This document shows positions 12,665 to 23,043 of a stretch of 64,000 bases of DNA, piece after piece. Position 1 is the first letter of the stretch. Each line of letters begins with the position of its first letter. The DNA is from Anthoceros angustus (Eukaryota > Plantae > Anthocerotophyta), in NCBI GenBank assembly GCA_010909165.1, contig MU008204.1, positions 17,810 to 81,809 of the forward strand, written 5' to 3'. The notes under the pieces were generated by a model. That model had not been told where the DNA came from. It worked only from the letters and a program-made list of their open reading frames with translations, and did not search any database. The translations under genes and the position numbers were made by a program.

Positions 12665-14812
12665 TTATGGAACTAAACTCTGGTTGATCAAAACCTTTGC
12701 ATCAACCTTGCATTCGAACACCTGACTGATATTCGTTCTAATTCCAGTCGCTTCTCCTGCGTAAGGCTTCAAAGCAGGCTTTACTTCACGCACTTGTCCT
12801 TTCCGCCTGATGACGGCCTTCTCATGCTTGAGCTTGTACTTCTTCCTTGGGTTCTTGGTCAACTTCTTTCTGTGGGGCGTAAGGCCTCTATTCTTCTCCA
12901 TCTGGCTTGATATTTTTCGTTTACCTTCAAAATCTTCCTCGGCCGGAGTCATTGTTGGCTCCCTGGAGTACTTCGCAGACTTTGCAGCCTTCTTGGACGC
13001 CTGCAGCTGTTTGGCCTGTTGATAAAATTCGTCCTCATCAGCTTCCATGTCCTCAGGCTCGTCCGCACTTTCTTCTCGGTCCACCTGCTTTCTAGAAGCC
13101 TTCTGGATCTCATGCTTGTTCCGTCTCTCCCCGATATCATCCCTAGCCGGTAGGTCAGCATCTCCTGAAGCCACCCTTCGCTTCTTAGAAGGATGACCTG
13201 CTTCAGCAATAATTTGTGAAAGTTTTCGAGGCCGCGACAAGTCGCCAGGCGGCCCGCCCACACCCTTCCTTGCCTTTCCGTCCTCCATCTCCACCAGATC
13301 TGCGATATCATCATCAAAGTCATCCAGCATGCCCATCAAGCCACTCCTGGATCTCTTCATGTGCGTCAGCTTCGTCCTCTCAGCTTTGGAGAGAGGAGCT
13401 CTAGCGAACAGATCTTCCTCTTGCCTGGCACGAGCCTCAAGTTTCTCCCGCTCTCTCATCATTTCCTTACTATCTGCCCCGATAAGTTCTCTCAGTTCTT
13501 CAGGCCTACCCTCCAAGTCGTTGGCAAGCTCCTTCTCAAATGCACTGTGTGCTGACCTGCGGCGGGCTTCCTGTCCTGCCCTTTTGTCAGCGGGCCTCAT
13601 GTCTTCTTGCTCGCAAGTTGGAGCTATCATAGGCGGACGATACACGACTCCGGCTTCTTGAGTGTCTCTGTCAACTTTAGACACCAGTAAGCCCGAATTA
13701 GGTCTGTACTTCAACGCGTCCTTATCCTTCACACCCTCGGAACCATTGCTCAGCTCACTAAGCTTGAGGAGCTTCTCGATTCGGTACTCAACCTTCTTGT
13801 CCATTGGTCGCATCTTCTCAATGAACAAACGCCTCTCGACAAGACGTGGAATCACAGGGTGATCCCTCACACACCGACCTTCACCCTTGAGCCCCAGATA
13901 CACCACAATGAGCTGACAGTAGCTCAAGAGCAGCAGGTGCTTCATTTCCAAATAGCTCAATCCATCTTTTGTAGCAATAAGCCCACCAGATCGCACCTTC
14001 TCTTCAAGAGGGATAACTTTGTTCTCTAACTCATCAAGAGATACCTTCAGCTCGTGAAGAAGGCCTGGCAACTCTGGAGCATCACTCATGACAGCCTCCA
14101 TTTGCTCCTCCTTGGACAGCAAGCTAATATCTTTCACAATCCGCTCCACAGCCATCTCGCTACCTGCAGTCTCTTTCACCACCTTCCCTGGCTCACTATC
14201 TTTGGCCTTCCTCTTCTTCTTTCCCTCTTCACCTTCTCGCTTCACAGCTTGCTCTAAGCTTTCCTCCTCATCCAGCCCAAAGTCTTCTGGCCTCATGGAA
14301 GCCGCATACAGCCGCTGCAACCTAAGCGCCTCAGCCTCCTCCTCAGCAAGTGCCTCATCATCACTGGACTGCAACTCAAAATCTACATTCTCCGCATTGT
14401 AATACGACTTCTTCGACTTCCCCCATGCCCTCTTCTCCCTCGTTTCTCCCTCCTCCTCTTCATCCTCGTCACCAGCCATGGCAGCCTCTTTCTGCCGCAA
14501 CAGTTTCATCTGCTTGGCCATCTTGGCGGCAATGCCGGTAGGCTTTTTCTCCTCATACTGTTCCCCCTCCTCATCCTCATCCTCCTCCCCCTCCTCTTCG
14601 CTTCCCGAAGTATCCTCCGGAATATCCAGGACCGGCAGATCCATTTCTTCTTCCGTGCCATCATCCTCGTCGTTCCCCATCAAAGGAATCTTATCCCGTT
14701 GCTTTGCAAACAGGTCCCCGTCAAAATACTTGGCATTCATCTGACGGACTTTCGCCTGCCCGCCACCCCGCTTGGGCGGCCGAGACCGCCAACCTCTACT
14801 AGGCTTCCCCAT
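12665..14812 (-). CDS. SAS10: SAS10/UTP3 (SSU processome subunit, U3 snoRNP), intronless CDS
   Basis: Acidic N-terminus, WGKSKKSYY, Sas10/Utp3/C1D domain (DGLSYLEMKHLLLLSYC...DHPVIPRLVERRLFIEKMRPMDKK) and Sas10 C-terminal KRKISSQMEKNRGLTPHRKKLTKNPRKKYKLKHEKA...GEATGI. ATG at 14812. Confidence 0.93.
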   Translation of the reverse strand: MGKPSRGWRSRPPKRGGGQAKVRQMNAKYFDGDLFAKQRDKIPLMGNDEDDGTEEEMDLPVLDIPEDTSGSEEEGEEDEDEEGEQYEEKKPTGIAAKMAKQMKLLRQKEAAMAGDEDEEEEGETREKRAWGKSKKSYYNAENVDFELQSSDDEALAEEEAEALRLQRLYAASMRPEDFGLDEEESLEQAVKREGEEGKKKRKAKDSEPGKVVKETAGSEMAVERIVKDISLLSKEEQMEAVMSDAPELPGLLHELKVSLDELENKVIPLEEKVRSGGLIATKDGLSYLEMKHLLLLSYCQLIVVYLGLKGEGRCVRDHPVIPRLVERRLFIEKMRPMDKKVEYRIEKLLKLSELSNGSEGVKDKDALKYRPNSGLLVSKVDRDTQEAGVVYRPPMIAPTCEQEDMRPADKRAGQEARRRSAHSAFEKELANDLEGRPEELRELIGADSKEMMREREKLEARARQEEDLFARAPLSKAERTKLTHMKRSRSGLMGMLDDFDDDIADLVEMEDGKARKGVGGPPGDLSRPRKLSQIIAEAGHPSKKRRVASGDADLPARDDIGERRNKHEIQKASRKQVDREESADEPEDMEADEDEFYQQAKQLQASKKAAKSAKYSREPTMTPAEEDFEGKRKISSQMEKNRGLTPHRKKLTKNPRKKYKLKHEKAVIRRKGQVREVKPALKPYAGEATGIRTNISQVFECKVDAKVLINQSLVP

Positions 14813-15184
14813 CACCACACAACTCTCGTGTCCAATCACAAATTCGCTGACAAATCAGGCATATATATCATAAACCTTAAACCCTACTGCGAACCTGGCT
14901 GGGAACTCTGCTGCGCCGCAACCTCATGCTCTTGCTCCTTCTGCACATGCGAACAGTAAAATCAGAAGCTTCTTCCAGTTTTGCCTACACCTATCCAAAA
15001 GGTCCAGCACAAGTCCCAACCGAGCTAACTCAAATCTCAGAGTCACAGCAAAGAGCACCACATACAACTGGAGACGTGCCAAGCTAGGCCTCGGCCGACG
15101 TTGAACATAAGATTTCCGAAGAAGAAAAACGTGCAAAACCCAAAGCCAACCGTTACACCCTTAAGAGCTACGTCCGCAATCTGT

Positions 15185-15322
15185 GTAATGGTGTTCGTGG
15201 ACTGCGAACTCAGGAGGTGTCGACAGCCATACTCGCCGTGGATTCGAATGTCCACCTCAGTAATGCTGTTCGTGGACTGCGAAATCAGGAGGTGTCGACA
15301 GCCATACTCGCCGCGGATTCAA
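15185..15322. repeat. ~75-bp tandem duplication upstream of SAS10
   Basis: gtaatg(g/c)tgttcgtggactgcgaa(c/a)tcaggaggtgtcgacagccatactcgccg occurs twice. Confidence 0.88.
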
Positions 15323-15671
15323 AGCCCATTTGAGCCCACGTGCAAAGCCTATTTGAGTAGTCGGAGTGGAGATTTTAATTCGTCGGAATTTCCTGCTCTA
15401 ACTCTTGCTCTGGGCTCACCGGGATCTCCGTTACGAAGACCTTAATTTTTCGGAAACAAAACGTGATTAAGCTAACGTGTTTACGTACATATATAGTTGG
15501 AAAGGAGGTCCAATTCTTAACCAGTTTGTTTCCTACCATCAAACTATAAGATAATCAACAACTTTATATTATTTTAAAATAGATACAATAAAATTATTAA
15601 AATAGAAGAATATATATCTTCTTGACTTCCTTTGTCTTCTATTCAAGAGCATCCAATTAGTACAAACAATC

Positions 15672-15730
15672 AGGTCATATTGCATACTGGTCAATAGGAG
15701 GGGTCATATTGCATACTGGTCAATAGGAGG
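15672..15730. repeat. ~29-bp tandem duplication
   Basis: ggtcatattgcatactggtcaataggagg occurs twice. Confidence 0.85.
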
Positions 15731-16597
15731 ATTTTATTGAGGTGGAAAAACGATGGGAAAAGCTGGTCAATAGGTATGGCATAGTGTTTAGTAAGAGTGT
15801 CGGTGATATCTACTCTCTCTGAAGAGCCACATGCGTTTAGTTTACATCGAATGGTTTTAGTAGCAACTAAATTAAGACACTTATTTGAAAGGGAAAGTGA
15901 TTTTACTTACCAATGTTAAATGAGAAGAGGTTAAGTGATTATTTATCATGATGATGGATCTATAAGCTATAGGTACCTTTGAGTTTGACGCTAGGATGAG
16001 GTGCTACCCATCCCTGTTGTAAAAAAAACCCTACGAGGCCGCCTGGTCCCCCCGCCTATTCAATCCAAGTGCTTATATTACAATGTTAAATGTCCGCTTT
16101 GTAGGAGCTATATTAGTCAACCTATTCTTCTTCCTATAGTTCACCAGAGAAGGAGGGTGATATTATAATTCAACCTATTAATCATCCTTGATAGATTATG
16201 ATAAAGTTTTTTCTTCTGTCTCACATGTAATAAGTGTGGCATGAGACAACATTGGCAGCTCTGATAAACCTTGGTACGCACATGAAGATGTAATAAAAAA
16301 CTATCTAGTGGGATATGTTACAAAATTTCCAAGAGGTCTAGTTTTAAGAAGAAAAGCTTTAGTGAAGACATAAAATAGTTTGGTGAATTAAAGTAGAAGA
16401 AGGAAAATTATTTAAGTCCACCAAGAACGAGTGACATTATGAAACTCAAACCAAATGAAAATATCAAAAGAGATAAAACATGTCTTGACCTACTTCAATA
16501 TTAAACTCAAAAACCCTTGAAATCTTTACAAATTCTTCCGCTATGTACCATACCATATACTCATAGTTTCTATGTACACATAAAGTCCATTTCTAGA

Positions 16598-16858
16598 AGG
16601 AGAAGTTATCCGCTTTCAAAGCAGCTCGCGCTGCAGGTCAAGTGGCTTTCTTTCATGGGGATGAATTGGTGATGTTTGGCCCTTGTTCACGCAATTTCAT
16701 TGACACTGTTGATAAATTGAAGATCATTTGTCTTGATTGAATTTTACCTTTACATTCGTCCAGATCATTTTACCGCAATCTTTTTAGTTATCATATTTCA
16801 GTCCCATAACGGAAATCCGTCCTTAGTGGACTTAAATAAAATTCTTCTTCTTCTTCTA
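16598..16858 (+). mobile_element. 3' end of a LINE-like retroelement (ORF1-like C-terminus, AATAAA and (TTC)n tail), copy 1
   Basis: Clearly similar to 21968-22232. Encodes EKLSAFKAARAAGQVAFFHGDELVMFG and ends ggacttaaataaaattcttcttcttcttct. Confidence 0.6.
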
Positions 16859-17404
16859 TGTAAGAATAATTTATAGTAGCACATGATCAGAGTGGCTAAT
16901 AGTTCCCCACCTAGTGACACTAGGGCTACGGGAAGGACTCTGCTATGTTCGGCATCGGAAACCGTATGGCGAGAGGAGCCTATGGACGTTAACAATGGGA
17001 GATATTGTCATATGGGTGCAATTTTCATTTCGTTCTATATTGTTGTCCTTTAGGGATACCATAAGGTTTGGGCCATCTTTACAAACGTAATTTTTTGGAG
17101 GATGTTAGTAGTGAGCTTGTTACTTCGATTCCAAAGCTATCAGTAGGCCTTTGTGTTGGTCCCCTTGGGGTCGAACGTTTGCTGTGAAATTTATCTCCAC
17201 TTTTTAAGTGTTACTTAGTGAAAGAAAGCGGGTTTCAACAATAGGTACCATCTTTCAACAATTGACAAAAGCTCAGATTAAGGTGTAGCCCTAGTGGATC
17301 TCTTAAGCCTATTTTTATTTTCTTCTTCACATCAACAGGATATATATTTTGTAGTTTGAACTCTTCTACATGATGTGTTATGTGTTTTACATATTTTTTT
17401 AATC

Positions 17405-18170
17405 TAACTAACGCAGTTTGAGACGTCATATTCTCCATTGCCAGGGAGAGCGGATCCTCTTCTTCCAAGGAGCGCCCATATCCTTTTGCCTAACGGCGTT
17501 TCTCTCAAGGCTGACCTATTTCTGATCTGGGGGGACCAAGTTTCTGTTGCAGATGTACTTATAAGAGACTCTACTAAGACATACATTTCTGACAAAATGG
17601 TTTTCCAGTGATGTTGAATCGCCTGAAATAAGCCCTAATAACCATATGCGGATACCATTTGGAAGCATGTCATCATCAACCCTTCTCGAATGTTGGGCAG
17701 CGAAGGGATGTGCTACAGTCAAGGTTCACACGTACACCTCTATGCACAAAGGCCATGCTTTCATTCCCCTTGCTGTTGAGACTCGTGGGCCCATAGACAA
17801 GGACTTCTTGAGGTTTATCAGGGCTTGTACGAAAGCATACCACATCCGCAAGAATGGGCTAGGTCTCCCTCTTTCCTATGTGGTGGCTTTCTTCCGGCAA
17901 CGAGTATCCATTGCTCTGCAAAGGACATTGACAAACGCAATTTTCGGGACACCTTCAAACGTAGCGAACGTATCATCTTCAGCTCCGGTGGTAAGTAGGC
18001 CCTTCCTTATTTCAGACTATGACATCTTGGGAGCGGTAGGTAGCTTCAAAGTAGACATTTGGGGGGCTTAGTCCCCCTTGGCCTAGGGCCCTCTAGAGGG
18101 TTGTTCTTCATCACCCTGGTGTAGATGAGACTTCTCATCTCTGCACATTTATAAAGTCTCCACTTTTCTA
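17405..18170 (+). mobile_element. 5'-truncated CRE-like non-LTR retrotransposon (restriction-like endonuclease domain)
   Basis: LKADLFLIWGDQVSVADVLIRD (PD..D-like region), HAFIPLAVETRG and FFRQRVSIALQR, followed by a 3' UTR containing tagtcccccttggc. Confidence 0.75.
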
Positions 18171-18669
18171 CTAAAGAATATCAAGTTCATTCACAACATT
18201 GCCCAAATGTTAGCGCTGAAGATTCAAGGATATGTTACTTATTTTAGTACATAAAATAATGCATATCATCGATTTTAGGTTCATAATTCTTGAAATCATG
18301 TCAAGCCAATGACATGTTCTTATGGACCGAATAGTTGTTGTAAGCAAGTTGGATGAAGCTAGATATTCAAAGATATATCTCATCAAGTGTTATCTACTCT
18401 TTGTACTATGAGTGGGTTGGAGAAAGCTAGATATTCAATGACATATTTCCTCAAGTGTTATCCACTCTCTCTCTCTGTTATCCTTATTTGAGGAGGCAGC
18501 ACGCGCATATGCTAGATTGATTTATAAATTTAAAATTTAGATTCTTGGTAATAGAGACCATTTACAAATCTAGCATTTAGATTCTTGGCGACGTTCCATC
18601 CTAATAGTAAAATTAGCATTTAGATTCTTGGTGACATTCCTTCCCAGTTGTAAATTCTAAGCTGCTTGC

Positions 18670-21130
18670 TCTAAAAAGAAAGATGGGAAAAAGCTCATCT
18701 AGCAGGGACAACCAAAGAGGACCCCGAGAGTGGAGGAGAAAAGGAGCAACTAAGCTCCCTACCTAAAGGTACCAACTGCTCTGAAAACTTCGTATGCAGG
18801 AAGGACAAAGAGCCTGCAAACCACATAGGACAAGGAAGAAGCGTCACCTGTCGTTGCCGCCTTGTGAAGGATCGCCGACGAGACGACCTTTTGAAAGGCA
18901 ATGGAGACTCTCACCATTTGAAGTAAGCTGTGAAATAGGAAAGTGACAGCCCCATGCCACACTTGCGGTTTTGATAGGATTTGGCACAGGACTTGAGAAA
19001 CTTATCGAAGTCCTCGGCCATAGCCCCATATGTTTCGAGAGTGAGCGGGATGAAGAGATGGCCCGCTCGCAAACCGTTGTACTTCCTGACCTTGAGAGCC
19101 ATAGCACCGGCGGCAGCCCAACCAAGGTGGTTGGTGATGACTTGAAATAGCGTTTGTGTAGAAAGAGGTTTCTCCTGAAACCCCTTTTTGCACACGGACG
19201 TGGCCGGACCCCTTTTTGCACTTGAAAAAATCCGCACTATGATAAGCCTTTTTGGTATTTCTCTGCAGACATGTCACCCGCAACCTTTTGAATAATTGTT
19301 TTGATACACGTTTTTTGAGATTGTAGATTGCAAGTATGTGGCAAAAACCTAATGTCCCATTCTCGTTCGGCTTTTTCTTTCAAACTGGACACAGAATCCG
19401 TGCGCAAACTTGTGCGCGCACTTACATCTAAATAGTCTCCAACACCTGGCAATCATTGTCAGGTATTGGACATATACAAACGTTTAGAGTTTTTACGGCT
19501 TGCTGTAATTCTGCGCTCCAACCTTTCACTCATACCAGTCAATCCTAAGACTATACTCTCGCTCTGGGAATTTTACAGGACTTTGTTTCTTAGACATTGG
19601 GACAATAATATCTTCGTTGACCTGAGGCTCTTGATCTGCGTGCAGTGCGAGAATGAGAGTGGCATGGTCTGCACTTGGAGCTGGGCCCATGCCAAACGTC
19701 TCAAGATTCAAAAGATGCAAAATATTCTCACTACTAGTTCGAAGTTTTAACCACTAGAAAAAAGATTAGGGCTAAGTAAAGATAAGAACATATCCACATC
19801 AGGGAGGTGCACAAAAAAGGTTGAAAATGTCGAAAGGAACCCTTTAAAATAACAAAAATATAAAAAATACCAAAAAATTAACAAAAATATCAAAATTTTA
19901 GGGCAAGTGCGCGCACTTGCCTCAAAAAATTGGACTTTTTTGGGATTGTTTTGGGGTTTATTAGATTTTTTGCTCTTTTTTTCTTTGGATGAACCGTGTG
20001 GGAATGCACTAGGAGGCATGAACTATATGGGTTCATGCTCCTAGGCCCTTCTTGACCTTGGGTGCGCGGACCTGGGCCCCCTTGCCCCATGCGCGCGCGC
20101 CAAGTACATGTGCACCGCCCCTTGCCCCATGGTGCGCAAGATGGCCCCTTGCCCCCTGGTGCGCACATAAGTGCGCGCACCTGGGCTCCCTTGCCCCCTG
20201 GTGCACGCATTTGTTCACCCAACTGGGCCCCCCAGCGCGTACAAGTTTGCACATAGCGTTATTTAGTGCGCACTTATGCGCGCCTAGGCCCCCTTGGTAT
20301 ACAAAAACATACAAAACCACACAAAATGCAGAAACTATAGACATAACGAAATTATGGAACAATCTGGTCACTGGCCCTTCATCACACCGACTAAATCGCC
20401 ATGAACCTAACTACAAGACGCCAGCGCGGTGTAAATGACTTGACAGGAAGTGGTGCCGGAGCCGAGAATGCCCGAAACCGATGGATGAACACCTACAAAA
20501 ACCAACAAAAACCAAACCAACTTCCGTTTCCGGGGAAATAGGGTTGGGATGTTTTCCAAAACCCCTTTTGACAGGAGAAACCCCTTTCTACACAGACGCT
20601 ATTTTGAGTGGAGATGGTGTCATGAGCAAGGTCAGTAACCACCATGTCCGCCACCGAAACGTGGTCACCGCGGACAAAGTACAAGTCAGCTCGAATTTAA
20701 CGACATGTTCGAAGAGTGTACGCCGCTCCCTCCAGGCCATGTAGCCACTTTCACGAGCGATGACAACCATAACATCACGGATGGCGTCGTGGGTGGCGAT
20801 GTAGTGACCCCGTAGGGACAACGAGCAAGCTGCACCCCAGAGTCATCGAGGGCAGAGCCGCACTCGCAGGTAAGGAGGGAAGACGCCACATGTTAGAGCA
20901 GGCCAAGACGGAATTGCATTGCAGTGGTGAAGGTGGTTGGTGGGATGACAAAACCCCGTATACATGGATGAGCCAAAAGCCAAGTGCCTACACCCTTTCC
21001 AAAACAAGAGCGAAGCCGAGCTCTTGTGGACCTGGGGATAGAGGAGTCGAGGAGGACGGAATGGAAAGCTTGGTCGAGCTACTTGTCGAGCAATGGCACT
21101 TGTAGTCCCTGAAACCATCGGTGACGAGGT
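18670..21130 (-). mobile_element. CRE-like non-LTR retrotransposon remnant, interrupted by a TIR element at 19146-20603
   Basis: CECGSALDDSGVQLARC, HYIATHDAIRD..ARESGYMAWRE (CCHC + RH motif), VSVADMVVTD, then after the insertion KVRKYNGLRAGHLFIPLTLETYG...VSIAFQK. Collinear with the copy at 42420-43257. Confidence 0.8.
19146..20603. mobile_element. Non-autonomous DNA transposon, 32-bp TIRs, 4-bp TSD TTGA
   Basis: Left TIR aatagcgtttgtgtagaaagaggtttctcctg (19146-19177) matches right TIR 20572-20603 at 30/32. ttga occurs at 19142-19145 and 20604-20607. Internal GC-rich repeats cccttgcccc(a/c)tggtgc at ~20075-20210. Confidence 0.85.
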
Positions 21131-21154
21131 CAAGAAAAGAGGAAGTTCTTGCCA

Positions 21155-21315
21155 AGCATCCGTTGAAAGCATGTCCCTGGTCGGCCGCAAGGAATAGATC
21201 CCATGAATAGATCCCATTGTAAATAGATCCTGTCACATCGAAGGATCCGTTGAAAGTATGCCCCTGGCCGGCCGCAAGGAATAGATCCCGTTGTCAATAG
21301 ATCCTGTGACATCCG
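21155..21315. repeat. ~85-bp tandem duplication with internal aatagatcc sub-repeats
   Basis: atccgttgaaag(c/t)atg(t/c)ccctgg(t/c)cggccgcaaggaatagatccc occurs twice. Confidence 0.8.
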
Positions 21316-21341
21316 ATCCAGGTAGCAGTTCGCCCGCATGC

Positions 21342-21905
21342 TCTTATTATCGGAGTATGTCTATGTGCTGGAGTGCTTATCATCAGAGCATGTCTATGTG
21401 CTGGAGTACTTATCATCGGAGTATGTCTATGTTCTGGAGTACTTATCATCGGAGTATGTCTATGTTCTGGAGTACTTATCATCGGAGTATGTCTATGTTC
21501 TGGAGTACTTATCATCAGAGCATGTCTATGTGCTGGAGTACTTATCATCGGAGCATGTCTATGTGCTGGAGTATCGGAGCATGTTTATATGCTAGAGTTC
21601 TTATCATACGAGCTTGCCTATGTGCTGAAGTTCTTATCATACGAGCGTGCTGAAGTTCTTATCATACTGAGCGTCTTTGTTCTTATCATACGAGCGTCAA
21701 GTTCTTATCATCCGAGCATGTCTATCCATCCTAGTTTCCTTTTCAATGAGGATCTTACACCATTACAATGGAAGACTAAGAATGAGAAGTTACCCGCTGA
21801 AGTTCTTATCATACGAGCGTGCTGAAGTTCCTATCATACGAGCGTGCTGAATTTCTTATCATACGAGCGTGCTGAAGTTCTTATCATCTGAGCATGTCTA
21901 TCTGC
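21342..21905. repeat. Minisatellite: 33-bp unit (~7 copies) decaying into 24-bp units
   Basis: cttatcatcggagtatgtctatgttctggagta repeats, followed by gaagttcttatcatacgagcgtgct units. A 70-bp block at ~21730-21798 is duplicated at ~21914-21982. Confidence 0.93.
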
Positions 21906-21909
21906 ACCT

Positions 21910-22232
21910 CTGTCCTAGTTTCCTTTTCAATGAGGATCTTACACCATTACAATGGAAGACTAAGAATGAGAAGTTACCCGCTTTCAGAGTAGCTCGCGCT
22001 GCAGGTCAAGTGGCTTTCTGCAGGTCAAGTGACTTTCTTTCGTGGGGATGAATTGGTGGTGTTTGGCCCTCGTTCACGCAATTTTATTGAAGATTATTTA
22101 TCTTGTTTAAATTTTACGCTATCTTATTTAAATTTTACCTTTATATTCATCCAGACCGCGATCTAGGTAGTTATCATATTTCAGTCCCAAGACGGAAATC
22201 CTCCTCAGTGGACTTAAATAAAATTCTTCTTC
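21910..22232 (+). mobile_element. 3' end of a LINE-like retroelement (ORF1-like C-terminus and TTC tail), copy 2
   Basis: FLFNEDLTPLQWKTKNEKLPAFRVARAAGQVAF, then after a 19-bp duplication FRGDELVVFG. Ends ggacttaaataaaattcttcttc. Confidence 0.62.
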
Positions 22233-23043
22233 TTTACGCCTCCACATTTTAGCCTGTAAGCTTCTACATTGCAGAGGCACGGAAGCTGCACTCTCTTTTC
22301 ACACTGTCCTGGAAGCTGCACTCTCTTTTCACACTCTCGTAAGAGCTAGAGACACGCTAGGCAATTGTTTGTCTCCTTCAGTTTTGGGCTGAAACATTAA
22401 TAGGCCAGCGCAGCCACATACAATTCTGTGTGTCACACCCAAGAATGGTTTTATTACTTTCTCGGGGCCAGGAGGACATCCTGCCCCCCAGCACCCTTAA
22501 CATCATTCTCCTTGCGCTTTTCCTTCTCTTTGTCCTTGACGTCTTTGTCCTTATGGCGGTGTTTGCTCTTCTTTTCACTGGACATAAACTCAAGCTTCAA
22601 TTTTCAATAATGGCATCATCTTTAAAGCTCCACATGCACGTTCACACACGAAAGAAACAGTTGAACAAGCAAGCATGGCAAAAGTAATAACACCAGCAGA
22701 CACATGCCAGGCTCCCTGCGCAGGGCAGGCAATTAAAACTCTTGTTAAGCATCCCTTCACTGAAGATCAACCCAAACAGTCAGTCCACAGCCAAGTCACA
22801 ATCTTCTTCGTCCACAATGGATGCATAGGACTTGTCACCACAGCAGACAGAGACTGCAAGGCACCCGGCATTGAGCCGAGTGCTTGCGAGTTCAGCATGC
22901 TGTACGTCCCGTTTCCTCAAGATCGTGCCACATGAATAACCTAGGCTTCTGCACATGTCCAAAACGCCCTCTGGCAGGCAGAGTGGCGTTCATCGTCAAC
23001 CCTTCCTGTTGCATCAAGGCACGGGTCTAACTTGGCAGTTTTC

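Noticed and set aside
19752-19765. CACTAGAAAAAAG as a CACTA terminus
   Set aside because: No partner inverted end was found, and it lies inside the element defined by the AATAGC TIRs.
21342-21600. 33-bp periodic repeats as a CRISPR array
   Set aside because: The units are contiguous with no unique spacers, there are no cas genes, and the context is eukaryotic.
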